Of a stretch of DNA of 64,000 nucleotides, positions 30,748-41,979 are shown piece after piece. The notes beneath the pieces were generated by a model. That model saw nothing but the letters and a program-made list of their open reading frames with translations. It had not been told where the DNA came from and made no database searches. Both the position numbers and the translations under genes were made by a program. The stretch comes from Alphaproteobacteria bacterium (GTDB lineage: Bacteria; Pseudomonadota; Alphaproteobacteria; SHVV01). The stretch lies in NCBI GenBank assembly GCA_965261735.1, contig OZ253470.1, positions 3,776,001-3,840,000 on the forward strand. The letters run 5' to 3'. The stretch's first letter is position 1; each line of letters opens with the position of its first letter.

Positions 30748-31845
30748 ATCCGGTTAACGCCCATGACCGCTACATGTAGGGTGCCGCCACTCTCCCGAGT
30801 AAAGCTCGGCATAGGTTGGAGCAGAGGTGTCGCCCGCGATGCCGAGCAATGAGCGGAAGGCGTTGAACGGGTAGAACCGCCTGTTGAAGCGGAAGGTGAA
30901 CTCGTTGAGGTAGGCTTGTAGGTGCTGGTGGCTAACGCCGTGGTGGATACCGATCAGCCACGTCTTCAGGTTGGCGAAAACCAGATGGATGATCGGCAGG
31001 TATTGCTCGGCAACCTCTGGATCACCACACTCGGCAACAGCGAAGTGCTCATAGCCGCGCTTCCCGAGGCCAGCATAGCCGCTCCAATCGTCAGTAACGA
31101 TCAGCGATCGCGGCGCGACGGTGCTCTCGACGAACCCACAGAGCGACTCGGCGCTACGGTCGAGCACGACGGCGAGCCGAACGCGTCCGGCATAGCGTCC
31201 GTCTTTCCGGTTGTCGAGCTTGGTGCCCGGCTTTCGATGACGCACCTCGATGGCACAGGAGACGGGAACCTTGTGGTGAACACCACGGCCTTCCCCACGC
31301 GTTCGCCCGCCAACCCAGGTTTCGTCCACCTCAACATGGTTCTTGGGCTGTCCACCGATCCTGTCTTGGTTGGGCCGCACCATGCCCGAGCGGAGCTTGT
31401 GGAGAATTTGAAAGGCCGTCTCGTAGCGCGAAAGACCAAGTTGCCGCTGAAACTGCACGGCGGACATGCCGGGCGTCTGACTGGCGACCAGATAAGCGGC
31501 CCAGAACCAGACGTTCAGCGGAGTGTGGCTACGCTCCATCACTGTTCCCACCGTCAGCCCGGTGTTCTGGCGGCACTTGCGGCAGCGCAGGACGCCAGGG
31601 CGGTTTTCAAAGTGGAACGGCTCTCCCGCCGTGCCGCAGTGCGGGCAGGCAAAGCCGTCTCCCCAGCGGGCTTTCTCCAGGTAGGCGGCGCAGGCCGCAT
31701 CATCGGGGAAAAGTCGCTGGAACTCGGGTAGCGAATGCGGGAATGGGAGATCGGCGCGGTCGAGAACATCCATGGCGCGCTCCCCTATATCCGGGTTGCG
31801 CCCATTCTAGCCCTAGTGGGTGTGGGTGTAAACCGGATATGCAAG
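30748..31845 (-). mobile_element. IS1595 type A copy with full-length 339-aa transposase (30754-31773); right IR clipped
   Basis: Uninterrupted ORF; the terminal ~7 nt of the right IR are missing and the left IR has one substitution. Confidence 0.93.
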
Positions 31846-31941
31846 AACCGGGGCACCCTGTTGTTCTTGGCGGTGGCGGCGCCTATTATCTTTTCTGGTA
31901 GTTCCGCCATGAGGGACAGGTAATTTGGGAAGGACACCTCG

Positions 31942-34038
31942 GTGACGATCACGCGCTCCACTTATGATGCACCGACGCAGGCGGCCGCCCTGCCGCCCGC
32001 GCTCGCCAACATGAACAGCAATGTGCTGGATGAGGCGATCCTAAAGAAGCTGGTCGACCCGGATGTTTACTACGCCTTTGCGCGGTGCCGGGCGACCGGG
32101 CTGCCGATGGACCGAGAACCCGCGGACGCGCTGGCGCTATCGATACGGGAGTGGGCCCAGTCGAAAGGTTGCATCGGCTATTCGCACTGGTTCTCGCCGA
32201 TACGCGGGCCGATTCATGGCGAGAAGCTCGAAACCTTTGTCGCGGTGGATTTTGCCACCGGTCGGCTGATGATGGATCTGTCCGGCTCCGAATTGTTCCA
32301 GACCGAGACCGACGGGTCGTCATTCCCCAACGGCGGCTTGCGCGAAACCCACGAAGCGGCGGCCTATATCGGCTGGGATACCGGATCGCCGCCCTTCGTC
32401 TATCGGCAAACACTGTACATACCGTCTGCCTTCGTTTCCTGGATCGGCGAGGCGCTTGACCAAAAAACCCCGCTGTTGCGCGCCGATCTCGCGGTCAACG
32501 AGCAGAGCCTGCGGCTTTTGACGCATCTTGGCGACGCCGACACCAGGCAGGTTCTGTGCAACGTCGGTTGGGAGCAAGAATTCTTTCTGATCGATCGGGA
32601 AAAATACTTAGCGCGACCCGATCTGGTGGCGACAGGCCGCACCCTGGTGGGGGCGCCGCCGCTTCGCGGTCAGGAGCTGTCGACCAACTACTTCGCCAGA
32701 CTGCCGCCGCGGGTGAACCGCTACGTGGCGGAGGCGCGCGACAGGATGTGGGAGCTCGGGATCTCGATTCGCTGTACCCACAACGAGGTGGCGCCGGCGC
32801 AGCACGAGATCTCACCCATATTCAGCTTGGCGAACCTCGCGGCCGACACCAACGTACTGGCGATGGACGTGCTCCGCGACCTCGCTTTCGACCACGGTTT
32901 CGCCATCCTGTTCCACGAGAAACCGTTTGCCGGCATCAACGGCAACGGCAAACACAACAACTGGGGCCTGAACACCGACACCGGGCTCAACCTGTTCGTG
33001 CCGGGAGAAACCGAGAACGACAACCGGCGTTTCATCGCCTTTGTCGCCGCATTGTTGCGCGGCGTGAACCGACATGGCGATTTGCTGCGTTGCGGGGTGT
33101 CCACTGCCGGTAACGATCATCGGCTGGGTGCGCAGGAAGCGCCGCCGGCGATCATCACGCTCCATCTCGGTGCCGGCCTCGAGGCGCATATCAAGACGGT
33201 CGCCGAAGGCGGCAAATTCACCGCCTACGGCGCCCAGCACAAACAGATCGAGATATCGGCGCCGGTGGCCGACATCAAAGCGAGCCTGGAAGATCGCAAC
33301 CGCACCGCGCCGTTCCCGTGGTGCGGCAACCGGTTCGAGTTCCGGGCGGTGGGCGGGAACCAGCATATCGCTTTTCCGCTGACGATGGTCAACGCGGCGC
33401 TGGCCGACAGCCTGAAGCATATGTGCGACCAGATCGATGCCGGCGAGTCGGTCGATGAGGTCATCCGCAAGACCATCCGGGAGAACCGGGGCGCGCTGTT
33501 CAGCGGAAACGGCTACTCCGAGGAGTTGTACGAGCACGCCGAAAAGTCAGAACTGATCCATCTGAAGAGCAGTCCCGAGGCATATCAGACGCTGACGTCG
33601 GCCAAGAACATCAAGCTCTTCGGTGAGCTCGGCATCTTCAACGAACGGGAGATCACGGCGCGTCAGAGCGTCCTCCAGGACGCGTATGCGGCGGAACTGC
33701 GAATCGAGGCACAAACTCTACTGAAAATCCTGCGGACGCTCGTTATTCCTGTCGCCATCGAGGATGCCCGCACGAGCATCGATTCCGGTTATGCTTCCAA
33801 GTTGTTCGATGAAAAGGATAATCTCGTTCGTGAGTTGCTTGCCGAGACCGACCAACTCTCCGACGCGTTCGACGACTTTCCAGACGATAGCCCCGCGCAA
33901 TCGGCGTCTTACGCCCACGAGACCATCAAACCGCTGATGCTGTCCGCGAGGGCCGCGGCGGATCGGCTGGAGGCGCTGGTGGACGGCCGCCGGTGGCCGC
34001 TGCCGACCTATTCAGACATGCTGCACGGGCATCAGTGA
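31942..34038 (+). CDS. glnN: Glutamine synthetase type III
   Basis: 698 aa; ETDGSSFPNGGLR, GWEQEFFL, HNEVAPAQHE, HEKPFAGINGNGKHNNW, RLGAQEAPPAI and NRFEFRAVG. Confidence 0.93.
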   Translation: MTITRSTYDAPTQAAALPPALANMNSNVLDEAILKKLVDPDVYYAFARCRATGLPMDREPADALALSIREWAQSKGCIGYSHWFSPIRGPIHGEKLETFVAVDFATGRLMMDLSGSELFQTETDGSSFPNGGLRETHEAAAYIGWDTGSPPFVYRQTLYIPSAFVSWIGEALDQKTPLLRADLAVNEQSLRLLTHLGDADTRQVLCNVGWEQEFFLIDREKYLARPDLVATGRTLVGAPPLRGQELSTNYFARLPPRVNRYVAEARDRMWELGISIRCTHNEVAPAQHEISPIFSLANLAADTNVLAMDVLRDLAFDHGFAILFHEKPFAGINGNGKHNNWGLNTDTGLNLFVPGETENDNRRFIAFVAALLRGVNRHGDLLRCGVSTAGNDHRLGAQEAPPAIITLHLGAGLEAHIKTVAEGGKFTAYGAQHKQIEISAPVADIKASLEDRNRTAPFPWCGNRFEFRAVGGNQHIAFPLTMVNAALADSLKHMCDQIDAGESVDEVIRKTIRENRGALFSGNGYSEELYEHAEKSELIHLKSSPEAYQTLTSAKNIKLFGELGIFNEREITARQSVLQDAYAAELRIEAQTLLKILRTLVIPVAIEDARTSIDSGYASKLFDEKDNLVRELLAETDQLSDAFDDFPDDSPAQSASYAHETIKPLMLSARAAADRLEALVDGRRWPLPTYSDMLHGHQ

Positions 34039-34129
34039 CGGGCGCGCGCCGGTCCGCCACCGGGCTCGCGACCGACGCCCCGGTGTCGGCAGCGGCAACG
34101 CGCAGGCGGATCGCCCGGCTTCAAACGAC

Positions 34130-34420
34130 TCACCGCAGGCCAAGGGCCATGGCGATGCTGATGCCCAGGCTGATCGCGGCCTTGAAGGCGTCCTTGACGA
34201 CGATCATCGCGGTCTCCCGATTCGTGCGTAGCCAGGTATCCATCCAGATGGCGAATTCGCGCCCGGCCAACAGGCCGAGAAACACCCAGGTGGTGCTCAT
34301 CGGCACGTCGCTCCATTCCTTGAAGAACAGCAGGATCGAGCCGTAGATGAAATCGATCACCGTCGCCAAGCGGACATCCCGGGTGTTGATCTTGGTGGTG
34401 ACGATGTGCTGGATCTCGCC
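34130..34420 (-). pseudogene. C-terminal fragment of a conserved membrane protein (PMSTTWVFLGLLAGRE)
   Basis: Hydrophobic C-terminus only; upstream part replaced at an IS21-like end. Confidence 0.6.
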
Positions 34421-34439
34421 GCCTCGTCGATAAAAAATC

Positions 34440-34476
34440 TGTCACCGGCGGCGTAAAAAGGGACCGCTTGGCGGCT
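34440..34476 (+). mobile_element. Probable IS21-family end stub
   Basis: TGTCACCGGCGGCGTAAAAAGGGACC resembles IS21-type termini. Confidence 0.5.
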
Positions 34477-34695
34477 GCGAGCTTGTCCCCGTAGTCCACG
34501 GGCGGGCCCCGCGCGCGACGCGGCGTGCCCTCGACAGGCTGACGCGGCGGCGCGCGCGGGTGGGGCCTGTGGGCCCACGGGGGGGGAATCTGCCATCGGC
34601 AGCTCGATCGCGTAGGCGGAGGGTGGGCTGGCCATTGGTCAACGAGGTTCATCTCGATGCCAAGCTCATCGAAGAAGCGCTGGTGTTTGTTCGCC

Positions 34696-35971
34696 TCAGT
34701 CGATCTCCGAGGGCCCTTGCCGATCGAGCTTCGTGACGAAGCCACGGCCCCTGGCCACGGCATTGTCGCCGAACCTGTCCCGCACTGCATCCACCGCCTT
34801 GTCGATCTTGCTACCGAATGGGCCGGCACCGCCGAACAGGTCGCCCTGGAGAACCTGGCCGGCCTGGACGAGATCATGGGCGCCGATGCCGATCAGTCGG
34901 AAGGCCCGCCCGTCGGCCTCGCGGGTGAGGAGAAGCTCGGCGGTCCGGAACATCTCCTCAGCCGATTGCGTAGCGTTCTTCAGGTGGCGGACGCGGGTGA
35001 TGGTGCGGAAGTCCGAGGTCTTGAGCTTGAGCGTGACGCCTTCGCCGGCAATGCCGGCTGTCTTCATGCGCCGCGCCACCATTTCGGCGAGCTGCCACAG
35101 GATTTGGCGCAGCTTCTCCAGGTCGGATATGTCTTCGTCGAGGGTGGTCTCCGAGGACATGCTCTTGGTCTCGCGGTCGGGGTTGACCGGGCGGTTATCC
35201 TCGCCCCGGGCGCACAGTGACAGCCTTTTGCCGATCTTGCCGTAACGGGTGACAAGCTCTGCCTCCTCGACGCGGGCGAGTTTCGCCGATCAGCGTGATG
35301 CCGTCCCCAGCGAGGCGCTGCCGCATAGCTGGACCCACTCCCCATAACATCCCGACCGGCTTGTCTGAAAGAAAGGACTTGGCCTCGGCCCGGCCGATCA
35401 CGGCGAAGCCGCGCGGCTTGTCCAAGTCCGAGGCGATCTTGGCCAAGAACTTGTTATAGCTGAGCCCGATGGACACGGTAATTGCAAGTTCATCTTCCAC
35501 CCGGCGTGCCAGCGCAGCCAGGGTCGCGGCCGGGCTGGCGCCATGGAGGGACTCCGTGTTCGCGAGGTCCATGAATGCCTCGTCGATGGAGAGCGGCTCC
35601 ACCAGGGGTGTCAGGCCCAGCATCATCGCGCCGACCTCGCGGCCCACGGCTGTGTACTTCTTCATGTCGGGTTTGATGACGGTGGCGTCGGGACAGGCCT
35701 TCAGGGCCTTGAACATTGGCATGGCAGAGCGGACACCGTAGGTGCGGGCGATGTAGCAGCAGGCGGCGACCACGCCACGGTGGCGACCGCCGACGATCAG
35801 CTCCGGCCGGTCTCGTTTCTCGATGGCAGCGTAGAAGGCGTCGCAGTCGAGATGGGCGATAGCGAGATCATGGAGTTCCTGGTGTCGTGCAACCCGCACC
35901 GAGCCGCAGGCCGGGCAAGCCTCGGCGTCAAGGTGCGGCCGGCGGCCGCAGTCGCGGCACAAGGTTTTCAC
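34696..35971 (-). pseudogene. dinB: DNA polymerase IV with N-terminal Zn ribbon, frameshifted
   Basis: [15 protein letters not shown] and KFLAKIASD; little-finger domain (VTLKLKT, RLIGI) in another frame; shift near 35280. Confidence 0.9.
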
Positions 35972-36102
35972 GGAACAATCATAAGACCCGTTTCGGCAGG
36001 CGTGAAGATATCCGCACGCTCCCGGACGCTGTAAAGCCAGCGCTGCGCCGGTGGGCGTGCGCGACGGACATGATCGTGGCCGGGATGGATATGATCCCAG
36101 GC

Positions 36103-36810
36103 TCAGCCCGATTGGTCATCGTACATCTTCGCCCGCGGCGTGGCTCCGATTCGCTGCGCCGTCGCCTTCCACAGCGGCCCATGGCCTGCGTCGGGCCCCG
36201 CGATCGCGTGTGCAATTTCGTGCAAAACGGTGTCCCGGATCTCCTCCTCGTTGCTCTCCAGGGCATGGCCGCGGCCGATCCGAATCTGGCGGTCACTGAA
36301 ATCACAGTCGCCGAGGCGGCTCCGGGATTCGACAAAAGCGAGTGTCCAGCCGGTGAGCCCATGCTCATCCATCAACCGTCTGGCCATCCCCGCGATGCAG
36401 TTCAACCGCTCCGGGCCGTTCCTCGCAGCTTGCCCCTCGGCGACACCGAGCAGGCCATAGGGGACGTTCCAGCATGCCTCCCCACAGCGCACTCTCGCTC
36501 TCTTCGGGTTGAGTTTGACAATCTCGCCGCGCATCGGGCCGTCGAGACCGAGGAACGCCACTCGATCGCCTAGGCGGTAATATGCTCTCGCCTCGTCGTG
36601 TGGAGTGACCATCGTGGTCCGCCTCCCGCCTCCCGTGTCCTTCAATGCCGACTCTGGGACTCTCCAGGTTCGCTCTTCATTGTCGATCACCTTCGCGAAG
36701 CGTCGCCGTCCCTGCCGCTGGAGGAGATGCCCGTGGATCGTCACACCGTTATGGGTGAACCGGACGGCCGACCCGATTGAGAGAAGGCGCGGTTCCCGTT
36801 CTTTGGCCAT
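36103..36810 (-). CDS. SprT-like zinc metalloprotease with two N-terminal SH3/KOW-like repeats
   Basis: [15 protein letters not shown]...GHGPLWK; two W(R/N)VP-ending beta modules. Confidence 0.82.
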   Translation of the reverse strand: MAKEREPRLLSIGSAVRFTHNGVTIHGHLLQRQGRRRFAKVIDNEERTWRVPESALKDTGGGRRTTMVTPHDEARAYYRLGDRVAFLGLDGPMRGEIVKLNPKRARVRCGEACWNVPYGLLGVAEGQAARNGPERLNCIAGMARRLMDEHGLTGWTLAFVESRSRLGDCDFSDRQIRIGRGHALESNEEEIRDTVLHEIAHAIAGPDAGHGPLWKATAQRIGATPRAKMYDDQSG

Positions 36811-37179
36811 TCATACCTCTCCTGAATTCGGGTGGCGTAAGAACTTGGGGTCGGGCACTGTCAACTTAATGGCGGCGGGTGAAAGGCTTTCCCCGATTGC
36901 GTTCGTTAAGCGACCGTTGTTGTTGCCCGCCATTCCGCCATGGCTGAGGTGCGAAATCGGCGAAGCGTCCGGCGGGAAATCAGGTGGCGCTGGACGTTGA
37001 AGAGATTGTAGACGGCAGCGTGGATGGCGAGGAATCTCTGGGCAGACTTTGGCGATTTGAAGCGCTGCATCTTTCGCTCTCGTCGTCGTACCGGCTGATG
37101 GGAGTTTTCGGCTCGATTGTTCTTCCGTAAGCCCTGCTCATGCTCTGCGCAAAGGCCGATCTTGCGGATCGCTGAGCCG

Positions 37180-37355
37180 GCGTACGATCCGACGGCGGCC
37201 GGCCGAGTCCGTCAGATGCGCATACGCCTCGACAAAACCGGCAACTTCCGCCTCCACCGCTTGCCCAAGTAAACGCCGCGCACCAAGACGCAAAACCTCC
37301 GTCAGCGGATCGTCCTCAAATGATCCTGGTTGGCGAAGCTGGACGACTGTGACGT
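37180..37355 (-). mobile_element. IS256-family transposase N-terminal fragment
   Basis: DDPLTEVLRLGARRLLGQAVEAEV...GRRRIVR. Confidence 0.8.
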
Positions 37356-37498
37356 TGCGCCCAAAACCCAGACCAGGTGGTTCTTTATTTATGCGGCCTG
37401 AGCGATGTTCATGTGCCTCTGGGCCTGTGCCGGCGTCCGATAGAGCGCATCGAGGAAAGGGTGCTTGATAAGTATGCGGCATTGCCGCATAGTGAGCA

Positions 37499-37834
37499 TT
37501 GATGCAGCTCTTCGTTACTCGCACTTATGAACGGGCCATTCGCAAGTTGATCTCGGAGGAAGCCCGGAAGGAAATGGAGGCGGCGATCGCCGCCGACCCT
37601 GACGAAGCGCCGGTCATTCGGGGAACGGGAGGCATTCGCAAGTTTCGCTGGGCGGGTACCGGCCGGGGCAGGCGGGGCGGCATACAGACAATCTATTTCT
37701 ACCATTCCGGCCCGGAAGCTATCTATTTGCTGACGGCTTACGCTAAGGCGGATCGCGATGATCTGACCTCGGCGGACAAGAAAGTGCTGTCACGGCTGGT
37801 GACCGCAATCAAGAAAAGGGGGACGGACAAATAA
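37499..37834 (+). CDS. RelE/HigB-family toxin
   Basis: IRGTGGIRKFRW...GRRGG..TIY, LLTAYAK; located upstream of the antitoxin. Confidence 0.88.
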   Translation: MMQLFVTRTYERAIRKLISEEARKEMEAAIAADPDEAPVIRGTGGIRKFRWAGTGRGRRGGIQTIYFYHSGPEAIYLLTAYAKADRDDLTSADKKVLSRLVTAIKKRGTDK

Positions 37835-37836
37835 AT

Positions 37837-38136
37837 ATGGAACGAACTCAGGTCGGTCGCGAGGTCGAGGCGGCACTGAGCGAGGTTCTTGCCCATGTGC
37901 GCGGCGAGGTTGATCTGCCGTGCCGGTTCGTCGACGACCCTGCCGCCGAGCGGATCCTCGCGCTTCGCAAACGCTTGGGGCTGAGCCGTCGGAAGTTCGC
38001 GGATCGTTTTGGTCTCGATGCGCGCGCCTTGCAGGATTGGGAACAAGGCCGCCGCGTTCCGGATCGTGCCGCCCGTGTCTTACTGACTGTCATCGACAGT
38101 GATCCGGAAGCTGTCGTGCGGGCGCTCGGCAAGTAA
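37837..38136 (+). CDS. HigA-like XRE HTH antitoxin
   Basis: LRKRLGLSRRKFA...LQDWEQGRRVPD. Confidence 0.88.
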   Translation: MERTQVGREVEAALSEVLAHVRGEVDLPCRFVDDPAAERILALRKRLGLSRRKFADRFGLDARALQDWEQGRRVPDRAARVLLTVIDSDPEAVVRALGK

Positions 38137-38156
38137 AGGAGCAAACACCGAGTGCC

Positions 38157-39248
38157 TCATCCCCGGGTGAGGGCATGCTGCATTTCGTCACCGCCCAAGA
38201 GATTCCCTCCGATGCTTCCGGTGATGCGGGCTGCTGCGGTTTGGATGGAGTCACGGGCGAGGTGGGCATAGCGGGCCGTCGTTTGCACTTGGGTGTGCCC
38301 GAGCAGTTTCCCAATCATAGTCAGGCTCTCGCCGAGAGCCAGCGCGCGCGAGGCAAAGGAGTGGCGCAAATCGTGGATCCGCACGCCCTCAAGGCCCGCC
38401 TGCTTGCGGATGCGCCGCCAGGGGCGTTGCAGATCGGTGAGGTGAGAGCCGGGGAGGCGACCCGAGATGACCCAGGGATTGTCCTCGTCACGGGAAATGG
38501 CTGACAACACCGCACGGGCCTCAGGACCCAGTGGCACCACCCGTCCGCCGGTCTTGGCATCGGGAAGCTCGATACAGTCGTCATTGACGTAGTCCCAGCG
38601 CAGGTCCCGTATCTCCGACATTCGGCAGCCGGTCAGCAGAAGCAGGCGGAAGGCGGCTACTGCCGAGGGCATCTCTTCCTCGGCCTCGCGCAGGACCTGG
38701 CCCAGCCGCTCGGTCTCTTCCGGCGACAGGAACCGTTCCCGCTTGTGCTCCTTGTAGCGCTTGACATGCCGGCAGGGATTGGAGCCGTCGGGGCGCCAGC
38801 CCCAGACTTCGGCGAGGTTGAACATCTTGGATAGCACCCCGAGCGTCCGGTTGGCCTGATAGGGCTTGTCCCGCAGGCCGTGATGCAGGGCGGCGATGTC
38901 CTTGCGCTGTACCTCTGGAACCCGCAGCTCCCCGACCACAGGATCGACAAACAGCCTCACCGAACGGCGGTACTCTTCCCGGGTGCTCGGCTTGCAGTGG
39001 ACCGGGACATATTCCTCCAGGAACCTGCGCCCGAGATCAGCCATGCTCGGCTGTGCCTCGCGTCGGGCGTCCGCGTCGCGTGGATCGATGCCTTTCTTTG
39101 CACAAGCCAATATCTCCAGCGCGCGGGCACGCGCTTGATTCGGGTTAAGTGGACCATGCGGGCCAATGGTGAACCAGCATAGCTTCCCGGCGATGCGGGT
39201 TTGGACGACGTAGCTCTTGCGTCCCGAGCGCCGAACACGCAGGCCATT
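38157..39248 (-). pseudogene. Tyrosine recombinase, extreme N-terminus deleted
   Basis: Paralog of 459-1688 starting at GLRVRRSGRKSY; catalytic residues intact; joined to the EEP gene. Confidence 0.85.
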
Positions 39249-39945
39249 GCCGGCTGTGATGGAAGGTAGGGACATTTTTGCTCTCCTGTGGCAATTCGTC
39301 CGGCCAGGGATCGGCCTGCCTGCCGTTCGGGTATTCCGGCCCGATACAGGGCAATCCCATGGACTCCATCCGGACGAACACGGTCTTGTAACGGGCGGCC
39401 CAATAGCCGCTGCCGTATTCGCCGTAGCCACGCAGGATGTTCATGTCGCCGGCCACCAGAACGCGATGCCCGTCCTCCTTCGCGATGACCGTGGACAGGT
39501 CGGAAACGACGTGGTGAGCGGACCCGTCCGAGAAGAGGAAGTTACTTCCTGCCTGGGTGTGTGTGCGCACCCACTGCGCATACATCGAGACGGCTATCAG
39601 TGGCTCGCCTGAGGAAGGTGTAACGAACGCGGCGGTGAGGGTGCCGGGCCAACTGGCCACTAGTTCCCTGGACTTTGCCGTATCGATAGATCGCGCTTCG
39701 ATCCAGTTGATTCTGATGCGGTTCGAGAGTTTGACGATTGCCGTTCTGTACGAGGGCCTGCCTTCCACGATCATGGTCTCCCATGGCGCCGAATCGACCT
39801 CGATCGCGGGATCGGCCTGGATTCGCTCCGCGACATCAGGAGGGGGCTTGCCGGCTTCCTGAAGCAGCGCCAGGTCGATACCCATGTCGAGCAGGCATCG
39901 CCATGGCTCGTGCCTGTGAGCCATGTTCCAGGAGATGATTTTCAT
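39249..39945 (-). pseudogene. Endonuclease/exonuclease/phosphatase family protein, C-terminus deleted
   Basis: ISWN, LLQEA and VAGDMN present; terminal D..SDH motifs missing. Confidence 0.8.
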
Positions 39946-39962
39946 TGTGCTTCATGCCTCGG

Positions 39963-40530
39963 GGGTAAGTGGCGGCTCCGGTCCGCGCTGATGGAGATGC
40001 CGCAGGTTGCGGCCTCACTGAATGCGCGCCTGCAATTCCAGATTCCCCGGTTCGCCAGTACCAGGCGCCAGGTCCTGATCGATCGCTTGACGTACGACCC
40101 GGACGTCCTGGAAACGGTCGATCGGCAGGCTTCGGCGTCGGGGACTCCCAGAGATGTCCTGATCGCCGAAGCCGCCCGTTACGCGCGGGAAATCGTGCCG
40201 TCGTTCAATGCGTATGCGTATTTCCGGATCGGCCACTACGTGGCCCGCGGGATCATTCGGTTGCTGTACCGCGTTCGGTTGGGTTCGGCCAACGAACAAG
40301 CCCTGTCCGCGATCGACCCCAAGTCCAGCATCGTGTTCGTGATCAACCACCGCAGCAACATGGACTATTTGATTCTGGCCTACACGGTCGTGAATCGTTC
40401 TGCGTTGAGTTACGCTGTTGGCGAATGGGCGCGGATCTGGCCGCTCCAGACGCTGATCCGAACTCTCGGCGCATATTTCGTGCGTCGCGGCTCCGGAAAT
40501 GCCCTGTACCGCAAGGTTCTCGCCCGGCCA
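39963..40530 (+). pseudogene. PlsB/PlsC-like glycerolipid acyltransferase fragment
   Basis: NHRSNMDY motif I and GAYFVRR; truncated before the FPEG motif. Confidence 0.8.
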
Positions 40531-41830
40531 TGGCATAGGCTTGCCTACGGAACTGAAAACGAGTATCCAAAACAGAATTCTCGATAAATCCACGAAAATT
40601 TGCAATCAAGGTAAGATCGGAGAATAAAGGAATTGGTGGTTGATCTTGGTAGATCACGTCTGCCATGTGCCGATGACGTTTCTTTCTTGCCTATCCGGTT
40701 AACGCCCATGACCGCTACATGTAGGGTGCCACCACTCTCCCGAGTAAAGCTCGGCATAGGTTGGAGCAGAGGTGTCGCCCGCGATGCCGAGCAATGAGCG
40801 GAAGGCGTTGAACGGGTAGAACCGCCTGTTGAAGCGGAAGGTGAACTCGTTGAGGTAGGCTTGTAGGTGCTGGTGGCTAACGCCGTGGTGGATACCGATC
40901 AGCCACGTCTTCAGGTTGGCGAAAACCAGATGGATGATCGGCAGGTATTGCTCGGCAACCTCTGGATCACCACACTCGGCAACAGCGAAGTGCTCATAGC
41001 CGCGCTTACCGAGGCCAGCATAGCCGCTCCAATCGTCAGTAACGATCAGCGATCCCGGCGCGACGGTGCTCTCGACGAACCCACAGAGCGACTCGGCGCT
41101 ACGGTCGAGCACGACGTCGATGGCACAGGAGACGGGAACCTTGTGGTGAACACCACGGCCTTCCCCACGCGTTCGCCCGCCAACCCAGGTTTCGTCCACC
41201 TCAACATGGTTCTTGGGCTGTCCACCGATCCTGTCTTGGTTGGGCCGCACCATGCCCGAGCGGAGCTTGTGGAGAATTTGAAAGGCCGTCTCGTAGCGCG
41301 AAAGACCAAGTTGCCGCTGAAACTGCACGGCGGACATGCCGGGCGTCTGACTGGCGACCAGATAAGCGGCCCAGAACCAGACGTTCAGCGGAGTGTGGCT
41401 ACGCTCCATCACTGTTCCCACCGTCAGCCCGGTGTTCTGGCGGCACTTGCGGCAGCGCAGGACGCCAGGGCGGTTTTCAAAGTGGAACGGCTCTCCCGCC
41501 GTGCCGCAGTGCGGGCAGGCAAAGCCGTCTCCCCAGCGGGCTTTCTCCAGGTAGGCGGCGCAGGCCGCATCATCGGGGAAAAGTCGCTGGAACTCGGGTA
41601 GCGAATGCGGGAATGGGAGATCGGCGCGGTCGAGAACATCCATGGCGCGCTCCCCTATATCCGGGTTGCGCCCATTCTAGCCCTAGTGGGTGTGGGTGTA
41701 AACCGGATAGGAAAGGTTTCTTTCAGAGCATCAATTGTTGTTTGTGCAAGATCAGAGTGTCTATTTCTAGTCTAGGATTGTAATTGTCAGTTCTCGGAAT
41801 CCAAGCTGGCACTATGAATTGCTATCTCGG
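40531..41830 (+). pseudogene. AT-rich eroded ORF interrupted by IS1595
   Basis: Joining the flanks across the TSD reads ...RNWWLILVDHVCHVPMTFLSEHQLLFVQDQSVYF*SRIVIVS... with internal stops. Confidence 0.4.
40686..41715 (-). mobile_element. IS1595 type A with TSD and in-frame 75-bp deletion (314-aa transposase)
   Basis: TSD GTTTCTTT at 40678-40685 and 41716-41723; CAID|VVLDR junction. Confidence 0.94.
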
Positions 41831-41979
41831 TAACGCGAGTTTATGTGTTCACGGCTAATGCGAATTCGGGTCAGTGGAAAAGGAGAACGATGGGCCTTTG
41901 TAGATCCTGTTGGTGCCAGTCATGCATCTGGCGTAGAGCGGTACCGCTGTAGGCACAGTTCCGGCGGGTGTGGGTCTGG

